A stretch of DNA of 64,000 bases from positions 1,330,641-1,394,640 of the forward strand of contig BFEA01000012.1 of assembly GCA_003427395.1 (NCBI GenBank), read 5' to 3'. The number at the start of each line of letters is the position of its first letter. Position 1 is the first letter of the stretch. The notes under the pieces are model-generated. The model ran no database searches and was not told where the DNA came from. It worked only from the letters and a program-made list of their open reading frames with translations. This stretch comes from Chara braunii. Lineage: Eukaryota > Plantae > Charophyceae. Positions 23,951-36,700 of this stretch are shown here, piece by piece. The position numbers were made by a program, and so were the translations under genes.

Positions 23951-24586
23951 TTACAAGAGAATCTTGGTGTGACCCCGAGGCAAAAGTTGTTTAGTTTTTA
24001 TTCTGCATAACATAGTTTATTTTTCAGAACTATTTGAGTTTGTTTGTTTTTTTCCCCGCAGGGATCTTGCCCTTAAGCTGTCGGGCCGCCTGGGCAGTCA
24101 AGGTAGCCCATACGGCCCAGTTGGTAACCCAGCTAGATCCATGATTCTACAAGACCTGCTTCAGAGACCACACACACCCACTGGCACAAAGCCAGCGAAA
24201 AAACGAGGCATTCCCGGAGACACCCGCAAATAAAAAACGGGAAAATAAATCACAAGACTCACAACTGAAATCGGTTAAACACCAAAAAACAGATTTCAGC
24301 TCTGCACTGATGCATATCAGGGCAGAACAACGGAGAAAAACGCACATCAGAACACACACACTAACATACTCCATATGCTTTGTAGTAGGAATTTAGAGAG
24401 TCTCAGATTGGTTGTTCGTTGTTTTTGTTTGGTTTCTCTTTCCCATCTTGCTGTTAAGAAAGGACTTGGGGCAGCCCTTTCGTCAACCAGTTGTCATATT
24501 AGCACTTTGTTTCATTTACTGATTTGCTCTGCTTGTGGTTTGTTGGTCCTTTTGGAAAGCACTTTGTCTTCCCTCGTGACTTAGCA

Positions 24587-25045
24587 TCTACAGGCAGCGG
24601 TACGACGAAGGCAGTGTGAGTGTTGCCGCTAATGGTGGGAACACTATTAGCTTGTAGGTAGCAGAAGAAGGGTTAGGGAGCGAACTAGAACTATACCCAT
24701 GGTGATCCTTATTCATTGACTGTTGCTCTCATTCAGGATCAAAGGGTGCGTGGTGGGAAACCCGTTTAGGCAGTTCAGGTGGAATTCCATTCCACATTAA
24801 ACAATGTTTTTCATAACGTACTTGATTGTTAAATAGTACACTAGGTTGGCTTAGCCTTTTGGTGGTCATATTTTATTGTTATAGTTTTGGAAAATTTTTC
24901 CCTGTCTTCCACTCATGAAGATTATGGTCTTGTAAGGTAATACCGCTTCTACAGGCAGCGGCACTAGGGAGGCAGTGTGAGTGCAGCCGTCAGTGGACTG
25001 TACCCATGGTGATCTTTATTCGTTGATTGTTGCTTTATTCAGGAT
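24587..25045. repeat. Degenerate direct repeat, ~360-bp spacing, ending at a gap
   Basis: CTACAGGCAGCGG..GGCAGTGTGAGTG and TACCCATGGTGATC..TTCAGGAT are each present twice. Confidence 0.85.
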
Positions 25046-25319
25046 NNNNNNNNNNNNNNNNNNNNNNNNNNNNNNTCATTGAGAACATTTGAGGTCGTTT
25101 GAGGTCATTTGAGATACCGCGGCCATTACCCGGCTTCGGCTGAGAACAATCTGTGAACACGATGAGATTCAGAAACATGGGGAGGATCCTGAGTATCTAA
25201 TGCCTATTAGGAAATTACTCATGCAATAACCTGCCACAGAGGTCCTACGAATGCTCACTACCCTCAGGTTCCCTGACAAACCCTTCTAAGACTTCCCAAC
25301 ACCGTCTTACTCCCTGCTG

Positions 25320-26000
25320 AGCTCTTCCAGGCCTCACGCCCCCACCCTGCTGGGTTACAGGGCAACACAACTCGCCCCAGCTCCGACCAACGTCATCCCA
25401 ACAGCAACCCTTGGTCGTCCCTTGGGATGCCCACCCCAAAGCATCCTCAGATCTCTCTACCAGGCCTCACGCTCCTGCATCAGCAGGTTACACGGCAACA
25501 CCCCAGCACCAGCCAGCATCGTTCTGGCATCGAACGGCCACAGATCACTGAGTATAACAGCATCGAAACCGCCTACAATGGATTGCTAAGAAACCCTAAA
25601 GTCCTAAGACATTCATAAGAACAACCAACTTTTTTTTTTTTTTTTTTTTTAGACTCTACCAAGTCAATAAAATGTGTGCATCAAAAAGCCTCCCCATCAC
25701 AAATCAGATAGATGAAACCTATTCAATCCACCTACGACCACCACCAGCATGGCTAATTTCCACATGAACCGAAGCTCTTCCAGGCCTCATGCTCCCATCA
25801 GGTTAGGTTACAGAGTTGCACCACCTTGCTCCAGCACCCGCCAGCATTGCTCCAGTTACGACCCCCGATGACCACGGGGACTACCCCCGCAAACCGCCCC
25901 CCAGTGCTCTCTACCAGGCCTCACGCCCCCACTAAGTTAGGTCACAGAGTTGCGCCACCTGGCTCCGGCTCCGGCCAGCGTTGCTCCAGCATCGGTCTTC
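25320..26000. repeat. Degenerate repeat, four units (two pairs with ~133-bp spacing)
   Basis: CTCTWCCAGGCCTCAYGC...GGTYACA at ~25322, 25455, 25775 and 25908. Confidence 0.75.
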
Positions 26001-26247
26001 GAGGGCCACCGACTTTTCAAACACCCCTCGTAGGATCACAGATGGCTTGCCAGATCACACCTATTCCTACAAACTCCTCGAGAGGCAACCAAATGGAAAG
26101 CTATAGTAAACTGGATGATAGATTTCTTCGAGAGAGGCCGCCCCTCCCTCCCCCTACCCCTACCCCCTCAGCCCTACACTACCTCCGCCAAGGAGAGCCT
26201 TCGTCACTGTGTCCAACCCTACTGTTCACACACGCTCGCTCTGGATC

Positions 26248-29200
26248 ACCCTGAATACCACCACACACATGCACTATGTCTAACTTCCTTGTAGGTGTTG
26301 GCAATGCTTGAACTAGAGATTGTAGGGATCCTTTGTGTGTATGGGCCAAATGAGGTAGGGGGAAGGCAAGCCTTTTTTGGAAACATAATTCCACGCCTAC
26401 CTGTAGGCATTCCCTTAATCATAGCAGGGGACTTTAATGCGGCCCCAGATCATAACTTAGACAGGTGGCACCCCGCTTCTCCATGTCCATCATACATGAC
26501 ACATGACGAAAGGATAATAGTGGATCTATGTCAATCTCTTAACCTTTTTGACTCCTACAGAAGATTAAACCGAAAAACCAAAATCTTTTCTTGTTTTAGG
26601 AAGGACACTGCTAATTATAATTTTAAATCACGTATAGATCTGGTCTTGATGGCTGAAGAGTTTCAAGGAGCACTCCAACTGACTGAGATCTTCCCAAAAA
26701 GTCATTTTCCTGGTTTGGATCATGCGATGTGTGTAGCAATCTTGTCATTTAGAAAAAAAAACAGACGAAGGGAAAGTTTTCTATCATCTTAATACTTCTC
26801 ATCTCAGGATGAAGTGTGTCATTATCTATCTTCGGGACGTTTGGGATTTTTTGAGGGACCAAAGAGTGCGTCTTCGAGATAACATTAAATGGTTCAACAA
26901 CGACCTTGTTTTTTTGGGCTGTAAATGCAATGAATATTCTAAACTACTAGCAAAAGAAAAATATTTGAAGGAAACTAACTTTCATACTAGAATTGGAGAA
27001 CTACAAATTAAGGAGAGAGATTCAGTAGAACAAGAAGTCTTAGAATTAATAGTTGAGGAACTCCAAAGTCTGGAATCTCAACTTCTCACCCATATGGAAT
27101 ACAGATGGCAAGGATTAAGAATCAGGGACAAACTCATAGTTCAGAATATGGAAGGTTCAATGGATGCTAATTTTTTTACCATGGCCAGGGCTAGGACAGG
27201 GAGAACTATCATTGGGGCATTAGAAGACCCGGCAGACCCAAATAAGAGTATGGTCACATCGACTGTTGCTTGCTCAAAAATAGCTAGGGATTTTTTCAAA
27301 TCTCTCTTCTCTACTCAAAACAATCATATTCCTAGAAAACATCGCCTTCTAGAAATGGAAGAATTTCTTGTGCCTTTAAATAAATCTCTAACAGAGGAAC
27401 AAAAGGTATTGATGGAAAAACCTCTTACTAAGGAGGAAGTTTGGAAGACCCTCTTACTAATGGATGAAAACAAGTCATCGGGTATAGATGAACTCCCAAA
27501 GGAATTTTGGGAATCAACATGGGATTTCATGTCAGAGGATCTTATGGATTATTATCAGGCGGTATGGGAATCGGGAGAAATGAGAGAACTTGTTGGTCAG
27601 GGAGTGTTTACTCTCCTGTATAAGAAAGGAGATAAGTCAAATATAAGGAATTATCGGTCAATATCCCTTCTCACTGTGGTTTATAAACTCATAGCTAAAA
27701 CATTAGCAGATCGCATGTCTACAATAATTATAGAAATCATTCATCCATCTCAGACAGGATTTATAACGGGCATAAATATTCAAGATAATATTCTTCTAGT
27801 AAATGAACTTCTTAAAATATCTCGTCAATCCAAGCACAATGCGGCTTTTATATTTATTGATTTTGAAAAGGCTTATGACCACGTGGATTGGCTTTTCCTG
27901 GATAAGTTTTTGGAAAAGATGAATTGTGGTCCTAATTTCATAAAGATGGGTGAGAATCCTGCACCAAAATGTTACTACAAGGGTTATGGTTAATGATAAA
28001 GTGACCCCCCCCATCCCATTAGAAATATTTGTTCGTCAAGGAGATCCGTTGGCTCCTTTCCTCTTTGTCATTATTATGGAGGCTTTGGCAGCAAACTTGC
28101 GTCATCATAAAGATATTCGTCGAATACATGTCATTAGTATACCGGAGGAGGCAATTTCAGTTTGCTCTCTTTTTGTTGATGACCTTTCCCTTATGGTTGA
28201 CGCTACTCATGAGAACAATGTAGAAATTCAAAACTTGATGGATAGATTTTGCTGCCTCTTAGACATGAAAGTCAACTGGGGAAGTAAAACAACTGGTTAA
28301 AGTGGTTGTCCCTGGATACCCCTATAAGGGTATTAGGAATTTCTCTATGTGCTGAAGGGAAACCAAAGAATCATAATGAATGGATCTCCCAATCACCCAA
28401 AAATGGAAGTGTGGAGGAATAAACATACTTCTATTTTCGGACGTTCAATGATCCTTAACGATGTCATCCTGGCATCCATTTGGTATAAGTCAGGGATTTG
28501 GGCTATGGACAAAGACTTCCTTAAATCTCTCCAGCGTCGACTGACTGCCTTTCTATGGAGGGGAAATCATGAGTATAACGGTGTCATCAGCAGGGTAGCT
28601 TGACAGTCTATTATTCAACCAAAAGTGTGGGGTGGTTTGAGGATTCTTGATCCTCTACCACAGGCTAAGGCTCTTTCAATCCAATGGTTTCAACGTTTAT
28701 TATTCATCCCCCAAACCCCATTGGCACCTCTAGCTTTGGAGCAAATGAAACGCCCAGCACCCCCTACGGCCGAGGGAATTGACCCGTTAACACGGTTGGA
28801 GAACCGTTCATGGACTATTCCAAGGGGGATCTCTAAATCAGCAACAACATCTACAATCTCAAGTAGGAAAGCTGTTAGACAAGATTTGGAGAATGACTCA
28901 TTTTGGGTCTCTATGTTAAAGATTTGGAGACAACTTCCTTTAACTGACAAGCTATCGCCAGAAAGGTGGGAGGAATTGTGTTAGCAACCCCTATTTGATA
29001 ACAGGTGGATTCGGGATTCACAAGGTTATGTTCTCCATTGTATGCACTCGCCTTGGAAGGGATGGGTTAGAAATGGTATCATAAGGATAAAGGACATATG
29101 GGATAAGGATACCAAGGATTGGATAAATCCATCTAAACTTAGGGGGCAACTAAAGTACTATCATCATCCGATGGAAGCTATGGAAAAGGTAATTGAACTC

Positions 29201-31158
29201 ATTCCACTCGAATGGATTCGTATTCTTAAGGGCGGCCCCAAATTTGGGACAAATGACAGGGTTGCTCTCAAGGCTCAACCCCAGGAAATTGGCATAATTC
29301 TAGACCATGATCCAAATGGGGGTTTTCTTTTACATATTTTTTTTTTATCATCTACTAATGTTGCAGTGTCAATAGATCAATGAGAAACAAGATGGGTCTA
29401 GGCTCAACAGATTTTTAGGATAAGGGTAATCAGGAGCAAGGATTCCTGTGTAGCCTTTAAGCCGGACTGCCCCATCTCGGAATTCCCTCTTGACCCGGCT
29501 AATTGGGTATGGAGTTCAGTGACAAGAAAAGGGCGACATAACAGATTTTTTAAGAGGAATATTCACTCGTTTAAAGTCAAATCAGCGTATCGTATGCTGC
29601 GACCCAGAATCAATCTAAAAGATAGGGTCTCTATTAGGTGGATGAAACATCTTAATATAAGTAAGGAGGAGTTGAGGTCGGTCCGCTGGTTCAAAACAGT
29701 CAAAGACAAACCAGCAAAAATAGTTTCTCTCCAATGACAAATTGAACATAGGTGTCGACTGACTCATTGACAGATCCTCCTTAGAAAAGAAAGGATTAAC
29801 AACAAGATGGTGTAAACTTTGTAAATCTGCTTTCCCAAGTATAATATCTTCGGAAACCATAGAGCATATCTTTATGGAGTATCCGGGCTCAATCTGACTT
29901 TGGAGGTAGTGGGACCGTATCTGGTCATAACTAGTCCCACAGGTCAAATGGCCATGGGGATGGAAAGTTATCCTTCTAGAGACTTGGAGCCCGGATCCAG
30001 AATTAGTAGAAAATAATGAAGAATTTGTGGATAACCTGTTCCGAATAGGGAGAAGAGCGGTAATGTGGGTTATCTGGATGAGGAGGTGCACTTATGAATG
30101 GGAAGGGGCTAGGCTAGATGGCCCAGACTTCACAGAGACAATTAAACAACAAATTCAAACAGACATTTTGACGAAGTGGGACCGAATAAAAGAAAAAGTG
30201 CAATTTCTCTCAGATACAACCGAAATTCAGAATCATTTTTAAAAATTCACAAGTAAGTGGCTGGGCGGAAACCAGGGAAGGAGAATAGGGAGAGTTTTTT
30301 GGAATGGGGCAATGGATGATGATGATGCTGGGCTCAAAAGGGACTATAAATTGGTTTTTGATGATTGGACCACCATTGAGACTTCAGTACCTATGCACCC
30401 CTTATCAGACTTCCCTGATCCCTTCCCCCCCCTTTGCATCTGCTCTTGTTCCAAGTTCTTGGTATGGTTTATAGGGGTTAACATTTCTAGTTACAACAGT
30501 GATATCTGGCGTCGTGGAAAGGGATGTTTACTAAGTTCTTCTGCTGAAGGATATGTCAAAACAGTAGCTGGCTAACTCAGCTCTCAATCGAGTCATCACT
30601 TTTATCAGGATCACTTATCCACATCAGTACCCGGTCTAAGTTGGGAAATCTGGCGCCACTCAGATGAGGGTGAAGAGGTACAAGGGACACTGGGCCCGTT
30701 TCCCAGCATCATCGGTTTCTATTGCTCATCATTATATGTCAAGGGACGCTGGACCCGCTTTCCAGCAGGTGCAGCTCCCCACCAATAGATTGGAGCCCCT
30801 AGTGGTGCTGGTAGGAGTGTATGCTCTTATCATCACTCCTATTAGTAACCATGAGGTGGTGTTTTCAAAACGTCCATGCGTCTCCTGCCATCCCCAACTT
30901 GACCCCAACATGACACCCCAACCAATCACAAAACACTAGGCTGCTGGCTCCCCTTCCAAAAGGGCGGGTTGTGTAATCCCACCGTCCGTTTGTCAGATGA
31001 TCAACAGTTTGCAGTGATCCCACAGTCACACAGGTAGCAGAAAACTATACTACACCGCTGCATGTGGGCCGAGACCACTATAGAATTGTGAGGTCCGCGG
31101 CCTCGAGTGGAATTTCATTGCATAAAAGAGAAAACAAAAAAACAAAAACAACAACAAA
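26248..31158 (+). mobile_element. Decayed L1/Tx1-type LINE (family B), truncated within the APE endonuclease
   Basis: EN motifs VYGPN, AGDFN, SRIDL, LDH. RT motifs NYRSISLL, FIDFEKAYDHV, VRQGDPLAPFLF, FVDDL. C-terminal WCKLC..ETIEHIF. Multiple stops and frameshifts. Tail modules at 30743-30797 and 31082-31106. A-rich tail at 31123-31158. Confidence 0.93.
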
Positions 31159-31617
31159 CAGCGGTGGAGCATGGAATTTTGGCAGGTTCCCCTCCCCCCC
31201 CCCCCCCAAAAAAAAAAAAAAAAAGGAATTTTGGCGGGTCGACAACGAAAGTGCGTGGAGGCGGGGAGCGCAGCGGTTGGCGCAAAATTAGCGCTCTAAG
31301 TTAGCGCTACCGGCGGCATGCCGGTTCGGTCGGCCCAGGGCCTTTCAACGCGAAAGCTCCGGGGCAATACGGCAAAGGTCCTTCTCGACAACCCCGAGAA
31401 ACTGCCCTAGTGGTAGGGGACATCTCAGCCTTCGACCGACCCGAATAGATGGGAGGCGATAGTGAAGCATGTGAAAACAAGCGAACGGTGTGCAAGTTGT
31501 GAATGGGTGTGCGCCGCATAGGCGCCCACCACTGATACGAAAAGGGGAAGGGAATTTTCGAGAGGAGAGCAAGGAACCAAGAACAAGACACAAAGGACTG
31601 AGGAGTGCAACGTGAAG

Positions 31618-33791
31618 ATGGTGTCAACACAACGGGATGAAGAAAGAGGGAGACAAGCAGGTAGATCTACGCCGCGAAAGAGAGAAGTGCCAATTTCGGA
31701 AGATGCAAGAATCAAGTTACTAATAAGTAAATGCTTCGAAGATGACGTTTACCCTGAGAAATTCAACCACGGAGAATTTGTGATTGAAAATGGGGAAAGA
31801 GTTTTCAGGGTGGATCGAACTTTGGACGATAATCTTCCAAGGCGTGGCTCGGGACTTGCCTCTAAAAGTTAGAGAGAAAAATCGGACCTTCAACCGGGAA
31901 CGGGGAAGGATTCACGGGGAGGGACCAAACGTGATGTCATATATAGCGAAGTCACGGGAGGTAGCACAATGGATGATAGCAAGGGCAGAGGATAAGGTAG
32001 TGATAAGGAGGGTCGAATACGTGATGTTATTTAAACCGTGGATGGCCAGGAAGGAGTTGGAGGAATGAAGGAGATTGGAAGATGACACACGTTTTTGGGT
32101 GATGGCCTTGAGAGTGCCAGTAAGAGCCATGTTCCACCTTGAGGACATGATAGGAAAAGGGGTGGGAACGGTCATCAAAGCGCACCCAGCGGAGCCAGAC
32201 AAGACTCACCCAAAGCTTATGAGTATGAAGTTTGACTTGATTAGAGAAGCGGAAGCGAGATTCGAACATGAACTCCCAATGAAGCTCGACGACAAAGAAA
32301 TAATCAAGATCAAATTAGTGTGTAAAAACACACTGTGGTGCGAGCGATGTCGTTGGTGGTTTCACACCGCCACGAACGGATGACCTTGGGGGAAGAAGGC
32401 ATGCAGGAACAAGAAGGAACGGTACAATCAGGATCAAGAGGACGAAACAATAACAGAAGAGAAGAATTTCCAAATGAGAGAGAGATTCAAGACGCAACAC
32501 GAGATTTCCCAACTTCTGGCAACGTGAGAGTTGAGTCCTCTGCAAGTGGTGCATCAAGAGTGAATCCAAGAATGAGCGTCAACGAACAACAACAATATCA
32601 TCAAGCGTCTTCTCAGTAGCAGAACAACGGTCAAACCCGGTCAACGGCTCTCCAGCAACAGTCGCTGCAAGGTCAGGGGCAGGCATACCAGGACGCGATG
32701 TACACCCAAAACTACGCGGGCCAAAACGCGTACTACCAGAACAATAACTCTTTGGCGTGGCAACAACAACAAGCGGCGAAATCTGGAACTATGCAGCAGC
32801 ATGGCAAGCGCTGGGAGCCGGAGCATACACCTATCAACAACAAGGCCCAACGGGGAACATGACGCTCCCGGGATATTACCCAGGCCCTCAACAAATGGGA
32901 ATGGGTAATATAAATCAAGTACCAATCCCTTCAGGAGGAGGACAGTTTGGGATGAATGCACAAGGAGAGAGAATGGAGACAAGGGAACTAGCTGGAACAA
33001 GGACAAGCGAGGGGGGAAGCGCGATGGACGTTGAAGCCAGCAGGATGCTAGGGAAGCGGAAAGCAATTGTACAACATCGAAGAAAGGAATCACAAGGACA
33101 AGTGGAGGACAAGTACGAACAACGGACGGAGGAGCGAGATAGCGAAGAAGATGAATCAGAGCAGGGTGACAGTGACTTCAGAGATATTCCTGGAGGTGTG
33201 GAGGCAGCCATGAGAGGAGAAAGACAATTTGAGGAACGCTACCTGTTGCCCTTCGTCTATGCACTCTCCGGACAGGACGTGTTTGTACTAGGGATGAAGA
33301 ACAGTGAAGAAGCGATGTTCCTCCCAGCAGCCCCTCTAGTGGGAACACCATCTCACGAAGAGATTGTTGCAATCGTACGGAGGATCTACGAGGACAAGTT
33401 CAAGTTCAGAGTATTCCCCGAGGATATGATGCCCAAGTTGTCCATAGAGCTCCATGACGACAAACGAATCAAGTACCTCATTCCGCTCGTGGATGCCCGC
33501 ATTCCTTCGGAATACTGGCAGAGTATGCAAGATTTGGGTATGAACTATGTTCTGCTGAACAGTTTCACCACGGGCGATCCTTCGATCCTGTCGATGGTGA
33601 TGGTAGAGCCGGGAGTTCAGGCCCTCTTCCTCCGAAGACTGAACGAGCGGCTGCCAAGGAAAAAGAATTTGAGTTCTCTGTACCTGGCAGAATGTCTCAG
33701 GGAGAGATGGTCGGAACACCTACAGTTGGTAACAAGCAGTGAAGGGCGTATCCAACAGGCGGCCACAGCAAGCGGGAATGGTCAAACTTAG
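31618..33791 (+). pseudogene. LINE ORF1 (disrupted), with zinc knuckle and Q-rich/acidic linker
   Basis: FKPW and ..FWVMALRVP motifs typical of plant-type L1 ORF1. CERCRWWFHTATNG* knuckle (last Cys mutated to TGA). Overlaps the ORF2 ATG at 33778. Confidence 0.75.
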
Positions 33792-36700
33792 GTGCGCTTC
33801 CTGGAATGTGCAAGGTCTCGGAGATACAGGCGGAAGGTGCAAATGCTCGAGACTGAAGTCGTGGATTCATAAAGAAGGTATTGATATTGTATTTATCCAA
33901 GAAACTAAGCTATCTGAGAGGAAGTTAGCGGAGATCAGGGACTGGTGGGACGATCCCCAACTGTGGGCGCCGGCTAGAGGAACGAAGGGAGGAGTAACAA
34001 TATTAACACATAAGAGATTAGATGCAATATTAATCAATTTTGATTCAGATATATGGGGTAGATGGAGTTGGATTAAATTGGGATTGGGAGATGAGGACTG
34101 GATCTTTGCGACAGTTTACGCACCCAACGAACCCGGAGAAAGATTAGCCTTTTACGAATCCCTACCACTGTGCCTACCAAATGAAAGCAGGATGGTCATA
34201 GTCGGAGATTGGAGCCAGACTCTTAATCCTGGCCTAGATTCAGAGAGAGCTCACTGCACACGAAAAGACCGTAGCTATCTGTTGAGATGGACTCAAGCAT
34301 AGGGGTTGAAAAATATCTACATGGAGAGATATCCGAGAGACCCGGGTTTTACGTGGTTTGGGAACTCAACGCGGATGGCGGGAGTAAGTAAGAGACTGGA
34401 TTATTTCCTAATTTTCGAGGAAGCAGCCACACGGAGCACTAATGTGAAAACGCAGAATGCAATATTCTCCGACCACAAACCTGTGATTTTGGAGATTACA
34501 GTAGGACAAGACATACAGTGAGGACCAGGTTAATTTAGGCTCAACACCACGGACCTGGAGGACGAAGGCGTGGTAAAATGGGTGGAAACTTTTTGGCAGG
34601 AGTGAAAAGGTGCAGAACAACATTTTGAATCTAAAGAGGAATGGCTAGATGCGGGCCTGAGAATTATTTCCTGCAAGCTAGATGTTTTCTCCGTGATAGC
34701 TGCTTACAACCGGAAAGAGAGGGAAATGAAGGCCAGTGTGGAGGAAGCAGAGGGAAATATTACTGGTCATCCAATTTCAGTATTATTATGTACGCAAGAA
34801 AGGGAAATTAGATTAAAGCGGTCGGAGGAACTGCAAAGTGCAAAAGAAAAGAGATGGAAAAACATTCTCTCAGTGAAAGGGATAATCCCTCTAGACCGAC
34901 TGACGAAAGACTCCTTCAAGAAGCTACTACCAAGGAGGAAATCGGTAACCATGTCAGAGCTGAAACACCCGCTCCTACCATCAATGCCAGTCGCAAAGTC
35001 ACTCGAGGAGTTGAGCGAGTATGCCAAAATCTATTTTCAAGATATTCTCACGTCAAGAAGACAGCTGGAAGATGTAGACACAGACATGTTCGAATTTTCT
35101 ACTCTATGGGACAACCTGCAAGTGACACTGACAGAACAACAGAGGAGAAGCCTCGACAGACCAATAACTGAGGAGGAACTAAGACAGACTGTGAAGGAGA
35201 TGGTTAGAGGCAAAGCGTCAGGCGATGACGGACTACCAATTGAATTCTACGAGTGTTGTTGGGAGTTTCTGGAAGCTGACTTAGTTCAAATGTATAATAA
35301 TATTCTACAAGGGGGGCGTCTAGGTAAAACAATGACAAGGGGTATCATAACTCTACTGTTCAAAAAGGGTGATGTAGCGGAAGTCAAGAACTGGAGGCCA
35401 ATCTCCCTTTTGAATGTAGTGTATAAGATACTAGCGAAGTCATTGGCGAAGAGACTTGGCCCAATGTTGCCAAAGCTGGTGGGCAGCGAACAAGGAGCCT
35501 TTGTCCGCGGAAGATCAATTTTCGAAAACATTCTCATGGCTATTCAAACTTTGGAAGTGGTGGAGGAAGGTGACCTAGATATAGCCATCTTAATGTTGGA
35601 TTTGGAGAAGACTTATGATAGAGTTAATTGGGAATTTGTGATGATGTCCCTGCGTAGAATGGGTTTCGGACAGAATTTCTGCAGATGGGTTAAAGTGTTA
35701 TATGCTTACTCCTCTGCAACAGTGATGGTTAACGGTCAATGCGCAGAAGAGTTGAGTCTGTCAAGGTCGATGAGGCAGGGTTGCCCCCGCGCTCCTTTGC
35801 TATTTGTAGTACAAATGGAAGTCTTGATTAACAGTATTACGACAAATAACGCAATTAAAGGACTTCAGATTAATGAGAATGTTAACTGCAAGGTCAGAGC
35901 ACTTGCCGATGACCTGCTTGCCATCTCAGTTAATGAGCCAGGTTCGTTGGAGGCACTTAAGTTGTGCCTAATGACCTACGCAAAACTGTCAGAGGCGGCT
36001 GTAAATTGGACAAAGTCAGTGTTTTTTCTCCCAGACTCTTATCAATTAAGTACGGATTGGGGAATGAAAAGAGCATGCAGTGGGGAAGCAGAGAGATATT
36101 TAGTGATCGAAGTGGCACTGGGGGACTGTTTGTCGTCTCAAGCGATCATTCGAAGAGAAGGTGACAACACGTATCAGGAGTTGGGGCCCAGCAAGACACC
36201 TATCACTCATTGGAAGAGCATTAGCTTTAAACTGCTCTGCATTCACCATACTGTGGTTCGTGTCAGCAATCAGTAGGCTCCCTGAGAACATGCTGAGGTC
36301 CATCTGCAAGGAGGCAAGAAGGTTCTTATGGAAACCTTTTGGGAGGAATGAGGATGGCTGTCTATCGAAAATAGCATGGGAAGAGGTTTGCATGGCAAGA
36401 GAGGACGGAGGATTGGGGCTTACTGATCCGGCACTGCAAAACAAGACCCAGTTGAGCGGTTGGATATGTAAGATCGCAGAAGCAGAACCACACAAAGACT
36501 GGGTTCTTCTAGCGGAACGGATCCTGATGGCGGAATGGGGTCTGAGCAGACCTCAAGACGTTTGGGTGGCGATGTTCTCAGATGCCTTCCTGAATAAAAG
36601 AGTGAAATCTCGCTTTTGGAAAGAAGTCATCACGGCTTGGAAAACCTTAAAACCAACGGTCCTCAAGGAGCCAAACTCGAAACAGCAGGTGTTGGCACAA

